The position numbers and the translations under genes were made by a program. Positions 36,427 through 46,100 of a stretch of 64,000 nt of DNA are shown here, one piece after another; the first letter of the stretch is position 1; every line of letters begins with the position of its first letter. The notes under the pieces are model-generated. The model had not been told where the DNA came from and did no database searches. It saw only the letters and a list, made by a program, of their open reading frames with translations. The DNA comes from Candidatus Omnitrophota bacterium (GTDB lineage: Bacteria > Omnitrophota > Gorgyraeia > 2-01-FULL-45-10): positions 69,849 through 133,848 of the forward strand of contig JAPLME010000012.1 in assembly GCA_026387175.1 (NCBI GenBank), given 5' to 3'.

Positions 36427-39400
36427 ATGAGCCTTCCGTCTTTTTCCATCAATAGACCTGTCACGATGCTGATGATCTATACGATGCTCCTTTTGTTGGG
36501 CATAGTATGCATGATGCAGCTGCCGGTGGAACTATATCCTAATATAAGTTTCGGCGAGATAAGCATAATAATCGAGGTGCGAGGCGGCATTCCGCCCACA
36601 GAAGTCGAATCGATGGTGACGAAACTCGTCGAGGAGGGCGTGGGCAGCGTAACGCATCTGGAAGAGATGCTTTCGATATCCAAAGAGGGCGAATCGACGG
36701 TTGTCCTGAGTTTCACGCCGGGAATAGCCATGGAGTTCGCCGCGCTCGAGGTTCGTGAAAAATTCGCCCGTGTCAAGAATAAGCTCCCCAAAGAGATAGA
36801 AAAACCGATCATAGCCCAGTTCAAACGCTCCGATGTCCCCATAGTTATCATTTCTATAACGAGCCTGAAGCGCACTACCGAAGAGATCCGGAAGATCGTG
36901 GACGAGAATGTGCGCGAGGTGATAAAACGCATACCCGGCGTAGCCGATGCGGAGGTCGCCGGCGGGAGAGAACGCAAGATCCTGATAGAGGCCGATCAAA
37001 GAAAGATGGCCGCGTATAATCTTTCGCTGGATCGTATCATCGCTATGATAGGCGCCAATAATCTGAACCTGCTATCCGGCGATATAGAGCGCGCTAAAGA
37101 CAAGTATCTCATAAGAACGATCGGTCTTTACAGGACGGTAGATGATATAAAGAATATTCCTGTAACGGCCCTGCCCGACGGAACGATGGTACGCCTTAAG
37201 GATGTGGCAAGTGTGCTTGATTCTTACCTCGACCCTACAGGATACGCCCGCGTCAATGTGCGCCCCGTCGTATCGATATATGTGCAGAAGGAGTCGACCG
37301 CCAACACCATTAAGGTCGCACAAGCGATTGTAGCGGAAGTCGACCGCTTACGCGGGATATTGCCCAAGGACCTGCAGCTGGTAATAACGAGTAATCAGGC
37401 GGATTTTATAGAAAAATCCATCGAAAATCTTAAGGTGGCCCTTCTTCAGGGAGCCGGCCTTATTATAATAGTTCTCTCGTACTTCATGATAAAACTGAGC
37501 AGGAAAGCAATGCTGTTGGTAACAGCTCTTTTAATCACGATTCTTTTCATACCCACGAAATTCTTATATATACTCCTGGTGGTAATGGTAATAGCGGCGA
37601 TCGCGATCAAGAAAGTGCGGCCGGTCCTGATAGTGAGCTCGGCGATTCCCATTTCCATTATCATCACTTTTATATTCATGTGGATGGTGAAGCTGTCGAT
37701 AAACTTCATGACGCTCTTTGGCTTGGCGCTCGGGGTAGGTATGCTCGTCGATAACGCCATAGTCGTATTTGAAAATATAGCCCATAAACATGAAAAAGGC
37801 ATAAGCGGGATCCCCGCGGCGATAGAGGGCACCGAAGAAGTATGGGTGGCGATACTTGCCGGCACGCTTACGCACGTCTCAGTATTCCTGCCGATGATCT
37901 TTGTGGGACAGGAAATAAAACTGCTTTACGGCGGCGTTGCCTGGACGGTGACGATCTCACTTTTTATATCGCTCTTCGTCGCTATCACGGTCGTGCCGCT
38001 CCTTTCCTCAAGAACACGCTTTTCGATCGAAGATATACCGAAAGGTTACGGAAAGGCCAATGTGGTTGGCTTCATGAAGGCGCTGTATGCCGCCCAGCGC
38101 AGGGGCGTTATTTACGTCATAAGGAATATAAGGAACGTATATATTATAGCGTTTATAGCATTTTTGATCGCACTCTTCGGCTTAGGCAGGCTCGGCATGG
38201 AATTCATGGGCACTACCGAACAGAACAAGTTCACCATATTCATAGAATTACCTACGGGGGCCAAGCTTGACGCTACCGATTCGATAGTTAAAAAAGTCGA
38301 AGCTATAGTCAAGGAAATCCCCGAAGTCAAAACGTTCTCGGCCCGCGTCGAGCCGTGGTCAAGCAAGGTCTATGTGGAGCTTGTAAGCCTTCTAAGGCGC
38401 AAGCGTTCCGTCGCCGAAGTCATTGAGTCCCTCCGTCCTAAGGTTGAAAAATTTAGGCCTGCGTTCATATACTTCGAGGAAGAGCAGGAGGTCGGCACAA
38501 AAGAGGTGATAGTGGAACTATTCGGTTACGAGTATGACACTATGCGTGAAGTGGCGATATCGATGGCGACGCGCCTCGGGGCCGTAAAAGGCTTCACAGA
38601 TACCAAGATAAGGATGAGGGAAGGGCGCCCTGAGCTCGGGCTAAGGGTGGATAAAAAGAAGGCCTACATATTCGATATGACGACTACCGATATAGCCGAT
38701 GCCGTGCATGCCCAGATGAGAGGATTGCGCGCGACACTTTTCCACACGGCATCGAGCGAGGTCGAGACCATAGCGCGGCTTGACGAGAAATACCGTAAAA
38801 CGTTTAAAGATGTTCACAAGCTCATGTTCATAAATAAGAATGACGAAAGGATATATCTCGATCAGGTGGCTGATTTTAAATATGGCCTTGGCCCCAGCGA
38901 AATATGGCGCAAGAACAAGACCAGAATGATACAGGTGAGCGCCAATATAGGTAAATATCCGCTGAGTAAAGCCGCGACACTTGCCAAGGAGGCCTTCGGC
39001 GACTTGAAGCTTCCGGATGGTTATTATTACAGGATCGGCGGTAACTACCCTACTATGATGGCCACCCAGAAGCAGTTCAAGATAATAATCTGGCTGATAG
39101 TGGTACTTATATATCTGGTGCTGGCATCGCTCTTTGAGTCGTATCACCAGCCGTTCATAATAATGGTTTCGGTGCCGCTCGCGCTTATAGGTGTTACGAT
39201 AGCGCTCTACGTGACCGGTAAATCAGTGGGGATGGGCGTCCTGGTGGGGATAATGATGCTCGGCGGCATCGTGGTCAATAACGCTATACTCCTGATCGAT
39301 CACGCTAACAACCTGCGCAGGCAGAAAGTTAATTACCTGAAAGCGGTAATAATAGCGTCAAGAGACAGGCTCAGGCCGATACTTATGACCACAATGACCA

Positions 39401-39615
39401 CGCTCCTGGGGTTACTGCCTATGGCTGTCAGCACCTCGGAAGGGTCTAACCTGTGGAGCCCGCTGGCCATAACAGTCGGAGGAGGCCTCACCAGCTCTAC
39501 GATCCTTACGCTTCTTATAGTACCCAGCGTATACATTGTGTCTGAAAATGCGGGCATCCGTATAAAAGAACTAACGGGGAAGATCCGCATATTCAAGCCA
39601 CGTGATAAGACATAA
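36427..39615 (+). CDS. RND family transporter permease (AcrB/MdtBC/SwrC-like), copy 1
   Basis: SINRPVT, GMLVDNAIVVFEN, GIVVNNAILL, RLRPILMTT, PLAITVGGGL. Confidence 0.95.
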   Translation: MSLPSFSINRPVTMLMIYTMLLLLGIVCMMQLPVELYPNISFGEISIIIEVRGGIPPTEVESMVTKLVEEGVGSVTHLEEMLSISKEGESTVVLSFTPGIAMEFAALEVREKFARVKNKLPKEIEKPIIAQFKRSDVPIVIISITSLKRTTEEIRKIVDENVREVIKRIPGVADAEVAGGRERKILIEADQRKMAAYNLSLDRIIAMIGANNLNLLSGDIERAKDKYLIRTIGLYRTVDDIKNIPVTALPDGTMVRLKDVASVLDSYLDPTGYARVNVRPVVSIYVQKESTANTIKVAQAIVAEVDRLRGILPKDLQLVITSNQADFIEKSIENLKVALLQGAGLIIIVLSYFMIKLSRKAMLLVTALLITILFIPTKFLYILLVVMVIAAIAIKKVRPVLIVSSAIPISIIITFIFMWMVKLSINFMTLFGLALGVGMLVDNAIVVFENIAHKHEKGISGIPAAIEGTEEVWVAILAGTLTHVSVFLPMIFVGQEIKLLYGGVAWTVTISLFISLFVAITVVPLLSSRTRFSIEDIPKGYGKANVVGFMKALYAAQRRGVIYVIRNIRNVYIIAFIAFLIALFGLGRLGMEFMGTTEQNKFTIFIELPTGAKLDATDSIVKKVEAIVKEIPEVKTFSARVEPWSSKVYVELVSLLRRKRSVAEVIESLRPKVEKFRPAFIYFEEEQEVGTKEVIVELFGYEYDTMREVAISMATRLGAVKGFTDTKIRMREGRPELGLRVDKKKAYIFDMTTTDIADAVHAQMRGLRATLFHTASSEVETIARLDEKYRKTFKDVHKLMFINKNDERIYLDQVADFKYGLGPSEIWRKNKTRMIQVSANIGKYPLSKAATLAKEAFGDLKLPDGYYYRIGGNYPTMMATQKQFKIIIWLIVVLIYLVLASLFESYHQPFIIMVSVPLALIGVTIALYVTGKSVGMGVLVGIMMLGGIVVNNAILLIDHANNLRRQKVNYLKAVIIASRDRLRPILMTTMTTLLGLLPMAVSTSEGSNLWSPLAITVGGGLTSSTILTLLIVPSVYIVSENAGIRIKELTGKIRIFKPRDKT

Positions 39616-39679
39616 AATCTGATCCACCGAGGGATTGGTCTTGACAAGCTTGACTACTTAAACTTATAATAAAAATTAT

Positions 39680-42600
39680 ATGAGTCTATCCCAATTTTCT
39701 ATAGAGAGACCTGTGACAATCATAATGATTGTCTCAGGAATTTTGATATTTGGCTGTATTTCGTTAGGATTATTGCCCCAGGAACTGTTCCCGCAGATAG
39801 TATATCCACAGCTCACAGTCGTTACCCCTTATGAGAACGCCGCGCCGGAAGAGATAGAGACCCTTATAACTAAGCCGATAGAAGAGGCGGTCGGTACCGT
39901 TGCCGGCGTAAAAAGAATACGCTCCATATCGAAGGAAGGTCTGTCTCTTGTCATAGCCGAATTCGGATGGAGCCAGAATATAAACTTCGCCGCTCTCGGG
40001 ATGAGGGAAAAGATAGATCTCGTGAAGGAGAGGCTGCCCAGAGAAGCGGAAGAACCTATCGTATTAGCCTATAACCCTTTCGACAAACCCATCCTGCTTT
40101 TGAGCGTGACCTCCAGTTCCGAGAGCCGTTCGCCCGTAAATTTAAGGCGCCTGGCGAAGAAGATGATAAAAGACGAGATCGAGAAAGTCGAAGGGGTCGC
40201 GTCGGCAACCATCTCCGGCGGGCTCGAGCGCGAGATCCTGGTCGACATTAACCAGGGCAGGCTTCAATCACGGCAGATACCTATCCTCGATGTGTCGAAA
40301 GCCGTAAGCAACGCAAACCTCAACTACCCTGCCGGCACTATCAAAGAAAGCTTTTATGAATATCTTATCAGGACGCTCGGTGAATTTGAAAAGGTCAGCG
40401 ATGTAGAGACCGTCCCTGTCGGCTCCGAAGAAGCGCGGGGACAGCAGCCCCAGCAGCAGGAAGATGAGCCGGGTAAGCCCTCAAAAAGAAATGTCAGCAA
40501 GGATAAGCGGCTCATTTACCTCCGGGACATAGCGACCATCACCGATGATGTCAAGGAGCGGACGAGTTATTCTAGGTACAATGGTAAAGAGAACATATCG
40601 ATAGCCATACAGAAACAGGCGCTCGGTAATACCGTCAGGATCATCGACAGGGTAAAAAAGAAACTCGAGGAGCTTAAAGGAGACCTGCCCAAGGATATCA
40701 GCTTCAAGGTTGTATATGATCAGTCCGGTTTTATAAAAGATTCCATCAACGGCGTATGGGACGCTGCCTGGCAGGGGGCCGTTCTCGTAATAATAGTTCT
40801 GTATTATTTTTTAAGAAACGCCAAGAGTTCCCTTATAGTCGCGTTTACTATCCCCATATCGATAATGGCAACATTTTCTTTAATGTTCCTCTCAGGCGTA
40901 TCGATAAATATGATGTCATTGAGCGGATTAGCTTTTGGCGTCGGCAGCCTTGTCGATGCCGCAATTGTCGTTATTGAAAATATATTCAGCCACATGCAGT
41001 CCGGTGAAGATCCGAAAAAAGCAGCTATTATCGGAGCAAACGAAGTCTCCACCGCGGTGGCAGGGGCTATATTAACCACAGTGGTGGTCTTCCTGCCGCT
41101 GATATTTGTCGTCGGAATTGTCGGCCAGATAACAAAAGATTTTGCCCTCACGGTGACATTCTCGCTTATGACTTCGTGGGTCGCCTCCATGACGATAATC
41201 CCTCTTCTCGCCTCAAGAGGCTTGAAGATATTGGATAAAGATCCGAAGACCGTCGCGATAGTGCGTCACTTCTACGAAAAGCAGACAGTAAAATATGTAA
41301 ACGCGCCGGGGAAATATATATTTCAGACATTTATTGTATTCCTGTTATCGCTCACACTTTTCATATTCATGGATAAAGAGCTGATGCCGAAGGTAGACCA
41401 GGGCCAGTTTACCGTAAAGATCGATATGCCGGCGGGAACCAGGTTAGAGGTTACCAATACGGTCTCCGAAAAGATAGAAAAATTCCTTTTAACAATACCG
41501 GAGGTGGAAGCTGTCAGCGCAACGGTGGGCTCCACGAAAGAATCCTCGACGAAAAGTATCGTAGACCGCTTAAACTATAATCAAGCTGAGATAGTCGTAT
41601 CTCTTAAGAAGAAAAGGAAGCTGAAGAGCTCCGATGTAGTTCAGATAGTAAAGAGCCACTTGGCCACCATGAAACTTGAAGGAGCGCGCATAGATTACGT
41701 ATTGCAGGAAAACGTCCTGGCGGCAGGCACGGCGGTACAAGCGCCTGTGACCATAGAAATAAAGGGAAATGACTTAAAGGTCCTGGAAAATTTAGCCCGT
41801 GAGGTGCAAAAGGCCTTAGGAAGTATCAAGGGGATATACGGCGTTAAAAATAACCTGTCAGAACCTTCCCCGGAAATCAAAGTCTATATAGATAAAGATA
41901 AGGCCTCTCTTTACGGCCTCTCGGTTACGGATATAGCGCAGACCTCCCTGATAGGGCTGAAAGGCTTTGTTTCCAGCAAGCTGAAAGATAAGGGAGAAGA
42001 ATATGATATTCGAGTGCGCCTGAGGAAACAGGATAGGGACAATTTCGATAAACTTGCAAGGATCGAGCTGCAAACACCGACAGGCGCTAAAATACAATTA
42101 TCGAGCGTGGCCAGTTTCACAAGGGGTAAAGGCCCCAGTGAAATAATAAGGATGGAGCAGGAGAGGGTGGTATTGGTCTATGCCAATATTTATGATAGGG
42201 CCTTAAAAGACGTTACCTCCGATGTAGACAATATATTAACCAAAATTCATGTCCCGAATAACTATACCTTCAAACTGGCGGGCGAATCGGAAGAGATGAA
42301 GACATCTTTCGATAGTTTAAGAAACGCCATAATTGCCGCGTTTCTACTGGTGTATATGATAATGGCGGCGCTATTCGAATCTTTATGGCAGCCTTTCGTC
42401 GTAATGTTCAGTATACCTCTGTCACTTATAGGAGTCGCATGGGGACTATTCATTACCCATACAAGCGTGAGCGCATATGTATTGATAGGCATTGGGATAC
42501 TTGGCGGAATAGACGTAGCCCACACGGTGGTCTTGATCGACTGTATTAATCTGTATATATCAAGAGGAATGAGTACCAAAGAAGCTGCTTTAGCCGCCAG

Positions 42601-42838
42601 TATCTCCAGAGTCAGGCCTATACTTATGACAGCGTTTTCGACGATACTGGGGCTTGTACCTATGGCATTTTTAGGCGGCGAAGGCGCGGAACTCCGCGCA
42701 CCTATGGCCATAACGGTTATGGCCGGCCTTACAGTCGCGACATTTCGCACACTTACGGTAATTCCGGCAATCTATTTAAGTGTTACAAACATAGGAAAAA
42801 AACTTTTTAAGAGAAAAATAACAGAGCCAAGCTTATAA
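39680..42838 (+). CDS. RND family transporter permease, copy 2
   Basis: SIERPVT, GSLVDAAIVVIEN, RVRPILMT, PMAITVMAGL; own promoter-like TTGACA-18-TATAAT at 39641-39670. Confidence 0.95.
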   Translation: MSLSQFSIERPVTIIMIVSGILIFGCISLGLLPQELFPQIVYPQLTVVTPYENAAPEEIETLITKPIEEAVGTVAGVKRIRSISKEGLSLVIAEFGWSQNINFAALGMREKIDLVKERLPREAEEPIVLAYNPFDKPILLLSVTSSSESRSPVNLRRLAKKMIKDEIEKVEGVASATISGGLEREILVDINQGRLQSRQIPILDVSKAVSNANLNYPAGTIKESFYEYLIRTLGEFEKVSDVETVPVGSEEARGQQPQQQEDEPGKPSKRNVSKDKRLIYLRDIATITDDVKERTSYSRYNGKENISIAIQKQALGNTVRIIDRVKKKLEELKGDLPKDISFKVVYDQSGFIKDSINGVWDAAWQGAVLVIIVLYYFLRNAKSSLIVAFTIPISIMATFSLMFLSGVSINMMSLSGLAFGVGSLVDAAIVVIENIFSHMQSGEDPKKAAIIGANEVSTAVAGAILTTVVVFLPLIFVVGIVGQITKDFALTVTFSLMTSWVASMTIIPLLASRGLKILDKDPKTVAIVRHFYEKQTVKYVNAPGKYIFQTFIVFLLSLTLFIFMDKELMPKVDQGQFTVKIDMPAGTRLEVTNTVSEKIEKFLLTIPEVEAVSATVGSTKESSTKSIVDRLNYNQAEIVVSLKKKRKLKSSDVVQIVKSHLATMKLEGARIDYVLQENVLAAGTAVQAPVTIEIKGNDLKVLENLAREVQKALGSIKGIYGVKNNLSEPSPEIKVYIDKDKASLYGLSVTDIAQTSLIGLKGFVSSKLKDKGEEYDIRVRLRKQDRDNFDKLARIELQTPTGAKIQLSSVASFTRGKGPSEIIRMEQERVVLVYANIYDRALKDVTSDVDNILTKIHVPNNYTFKLAGESEEMKTSFDSLRNAIIAAFLLVYMIMAALFESLWQPFVVMFSIPLSLIGVAWGLFITHTSVSAYVLIGIGILGGIDVAHTVVLIDCINLYISRGMSTKEAALAASISRVRPILMTAFSTILGLVPMAFLGGEGAELRAPMAITVMAGLTVATFRTLTVIPAIYLSVTNIGKKLFKRKITEPSL

Positions 42839-43033
42839 ACCGCGAAGATCGGAAATGACGTCCCATCATACAGTTCCGCTTCAATCGCCACAGGTGTTTT
42901 CCGCAGCATAAAATGCAAAGTAGCCGCAGGCTAAAGAGCACTGTTTTTTAAGCTAGGTTTTCATAGACGTAACTAGCTATAAAATAAGCAAGTTACAATT
43001 GGATTAAGAGCTAAAAAAGGTAGATATTAAGAC

Positions 43034-43061
43034 TTGACAAAGGTTGCATGTATGATATACT
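43034..43061 (+). promoter_or_regulatory. Sigma70-type promoter upstream of the giant ORF
   Basis: TTGACA-16 bp-TATACT with extended -10 TG. Confidence 0.6.
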
Positions 43062-43188
43062 TAGTATGTAAATATGAATAGAAAGGCAGATAGTAAAAAT
43101 TTGAAAAGGTTTTTGATAACAAGCGTGGCGCATAGTTTCTTTATATTATAGTGGTATCATATAATTAGCTACAAGAGGGCGGCCTCTA

Positions 43189-46100
43189 ATGGATATCCGA
43201 AACGACGAAAAGACTATTGATTCGGCCAGAGAAGAACTTGGCTCGAAATCTTTGATAATGGACTTACAAAGTCCTCGGCATAAGATATGGATGCGTGCTA
43301 TAGCGGTAATTCTCGTCGTCACATTTATAAATCAGGATATCATATGGGCGCAGGATGGAGCTCCTGTCTGGTCCAAAGGACAGAATGGGAGCTTTTCTTT
43401 TAAGCCGCCCGTCAATGTAAACAGTCCGATCAATGTCCCCAAGGATGTCGCCGTCACTAAGGAAGTCTATACCGCTCCCGGCGATAAGACTATCATAAAC
43501 ATCCAGGATGCCCACTCATCTCTCGGCGCCCAGGAGTCGATAGCTTCAGTGCTCGACTCATTAGTGACTAATTATGACCTAAAGCTTATAGCTATAGAAG
43601 GCTCTTCAGGTTACATAGATACGTCCATCCTCAGGGCTTTTTCAAACGAAAATGTCAGAAAAGGAACCGCAAGCTACTTGGTTAAAGAAGGCAGGATGTC
43701 AGCGGGCGAATTCTTCACTGTCACATCGAATAAGCCGGTGGCCCTCTACGGAATCGAAGACAAGCCCCTATACCAGGAAAACCTTGAACAATTCAGAGCT
43801 GTTTACCAGGCAAACAGTGAAATCAGGAAAGACATTGAAAACCTGCTCTCATCGCTTAAAACCCTCCAAGATAAGATCTATTCCCAGGAGTTGAAAGACC
43901 TTACCACCAATTCGGTTCTGCACAAGGACGGCAAGCTTACATTCACCGAGAGGTGGAGCCTGGTGAAGGCCCTTGCTGATAGGACCGGCTCTGACTACAA
44001 GAGATACGAGAACTTGACCAAGCTTGTCGAGTCTCTGAAACTGGAGAAAGATATCAGTTTCGAGAAGGCTAATAAGGAGAGAGACTCTCTTATAGACGCG
44101 CTTAGCAAAAAGGCCTCCAAGCAGGACCTGGAACAGATAGTCCTGAAATCGCTTTCATACAAGACCGGCAAGATTTCACATGGTGAGTATTATGTCTTCC
44201 TGCAGGAACAGGCCGAGAAGGCCGGCATTGACGCGGAGCCTTATAAGAACCTGATATCATACACAAATTACATTACGCTCTATGAATCGATAGATCTCAC
44301 CGCCATCTTCGAAGAGGTGAGGGATTTTGAAGACCAGATAAAAGAAAAACTCTTCACCGGAGAAGACCAGAAGAAGCTTTACGAGATAACGAAGTGCATG
44401 GAATATTTGAGAGATATCTTTGACCTGAAGCTGACTAACGGTGACTTTGAATATCTGGCCAAGAATATCGAGCACTGCAACGCTGGCTTTGTGGCATCCT
44501 TCATAAGGGACGCCTCGATAAAATACGGCGTTACGATCGACACGGATTACGATCTCGGTAAGATATTCGGCGCTCTCCCCCAAGCGATGGATTTCTACAG
44601 GACGGCCGAGAAGAGAAATCATACGATACTCGCCAACACAATTGCCACAATGAAAGAGCGTAATCAGAACGTAGCGGCTCTTATAACAGGCGGTTACCAC
44701 TCGCAGGGCATAACGGAACTATTAAGACAGAACCGCACATCCTATATTGTAATACTCCCGAAGTTCGACGCCTCGAAGGGCGAGAGGCCATATGTGGCGA
44801 TCCTTACGAATAAATCAGCTCCGTACGAGAAACTCCTCAAGAGCGGACAATACTTCATCGCCACGAGCGCGTATCTGGCCGGAATAAGCAAACTCAATGA
44901 GGATGTCAATAATCTGCCGGCGGGCAAAGATTCAAAGGAGTTGATTAATAGCTCGGAATTTAAGGAGCTGCGGGCTAGGCTCGCTGATAGTTTGATCGCG
45001 TCCTTATTACAGTCAGTTACTGGCGCCGCAGGTGTAGATGCGGCTGTCCTGGCGTTTAAGAAGAGACAGCAAGTTAATTTATTAGGCGCCGGCAGGGAAA
45101 TGAAAGCCGCGGTCGAGCAATATCTGAGAGACTATACAATGCTTCTAGAGCGAGAAGGAGCAGGATTTCGTGATGCAAATGTTAAGCCGCTCTCTCCTGA
45201 AGTATTGCAAGAGCTGGTTCGCGAAGTTATATTGGATTATGCGGGTTTTGATATTTCCGCAGAGGAGCCGACGGAAGCTAAGGGCCTAGCCACCGAAAAA
45301 GTTATTCCGCTGGTTGAAGAGCGGATAAAAGGACTAACCAAGAGAATAGAAGTGCTCGAAGATCAGGACAAGCAGGCGAAGATCGATAAGATAATAGACA
45401 TTGTGAAGTCCGCGGCCAATCTTGAATCGAGCGACTGGAAAGAGAAGGTTGCCACTGCGGTTGCCACCGAGTTACGGCGCAAGGGTTTGGGCACAGAAGA
45501 GCAGGATAATATTACAAACCGGATTATAACGGATCTCGAGCAGCAGGCCGTTGCGGCGGCGAAACCGGTTGTAGTTGCCGTGCCTGCAGCTCAGACTCCT
45601 GCAGTTCCGATGGTTTTAAGTCAAGCGCCGACAGCTGTTGAGCCGGCCGCATTGCCTGCGCCAACTATGCTTGATCAGGGCGGAAAAGATCTTGCAGGGA
45701 AGCTTGCTGAGGCAATCGGTAAGCAGTTAGATATTATAGAAGAAAATATGAATGGTATACCATGGGGAGAGAAAAACTTAAGCGCTGATACCATGAAAAA
45801 GCTGCAACAGATGAAAGAAGCTGGACTCGGAATAACTAAGATTATAGACCAAACAGCTAAAAACATAGACTTATCTCCTCACCAAAGGGCGTTAATCGAT
45901 ACTATATCGCGTGGTGGGGAAATTAAGTTTTATGATTTAAAGAACGGCATTGCGCCTTTAGTTTCATATCTAGACATGATTATAAAAGATGAAAATGCGC
46001 ACGAATTGCTAACAAAAATTTTGGAAAGATGTAAACAAACTGTTTCTTATCTAAAGAGGGCTTCGTTTGAGAATGAGCCAATGGCAGTTTTAACTATTAG

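Noticed and set aside
42969-42996. dif site
   Set aside because: The 28-bp size fits, but there is no XerD-type TTATGTTAAAT arm.
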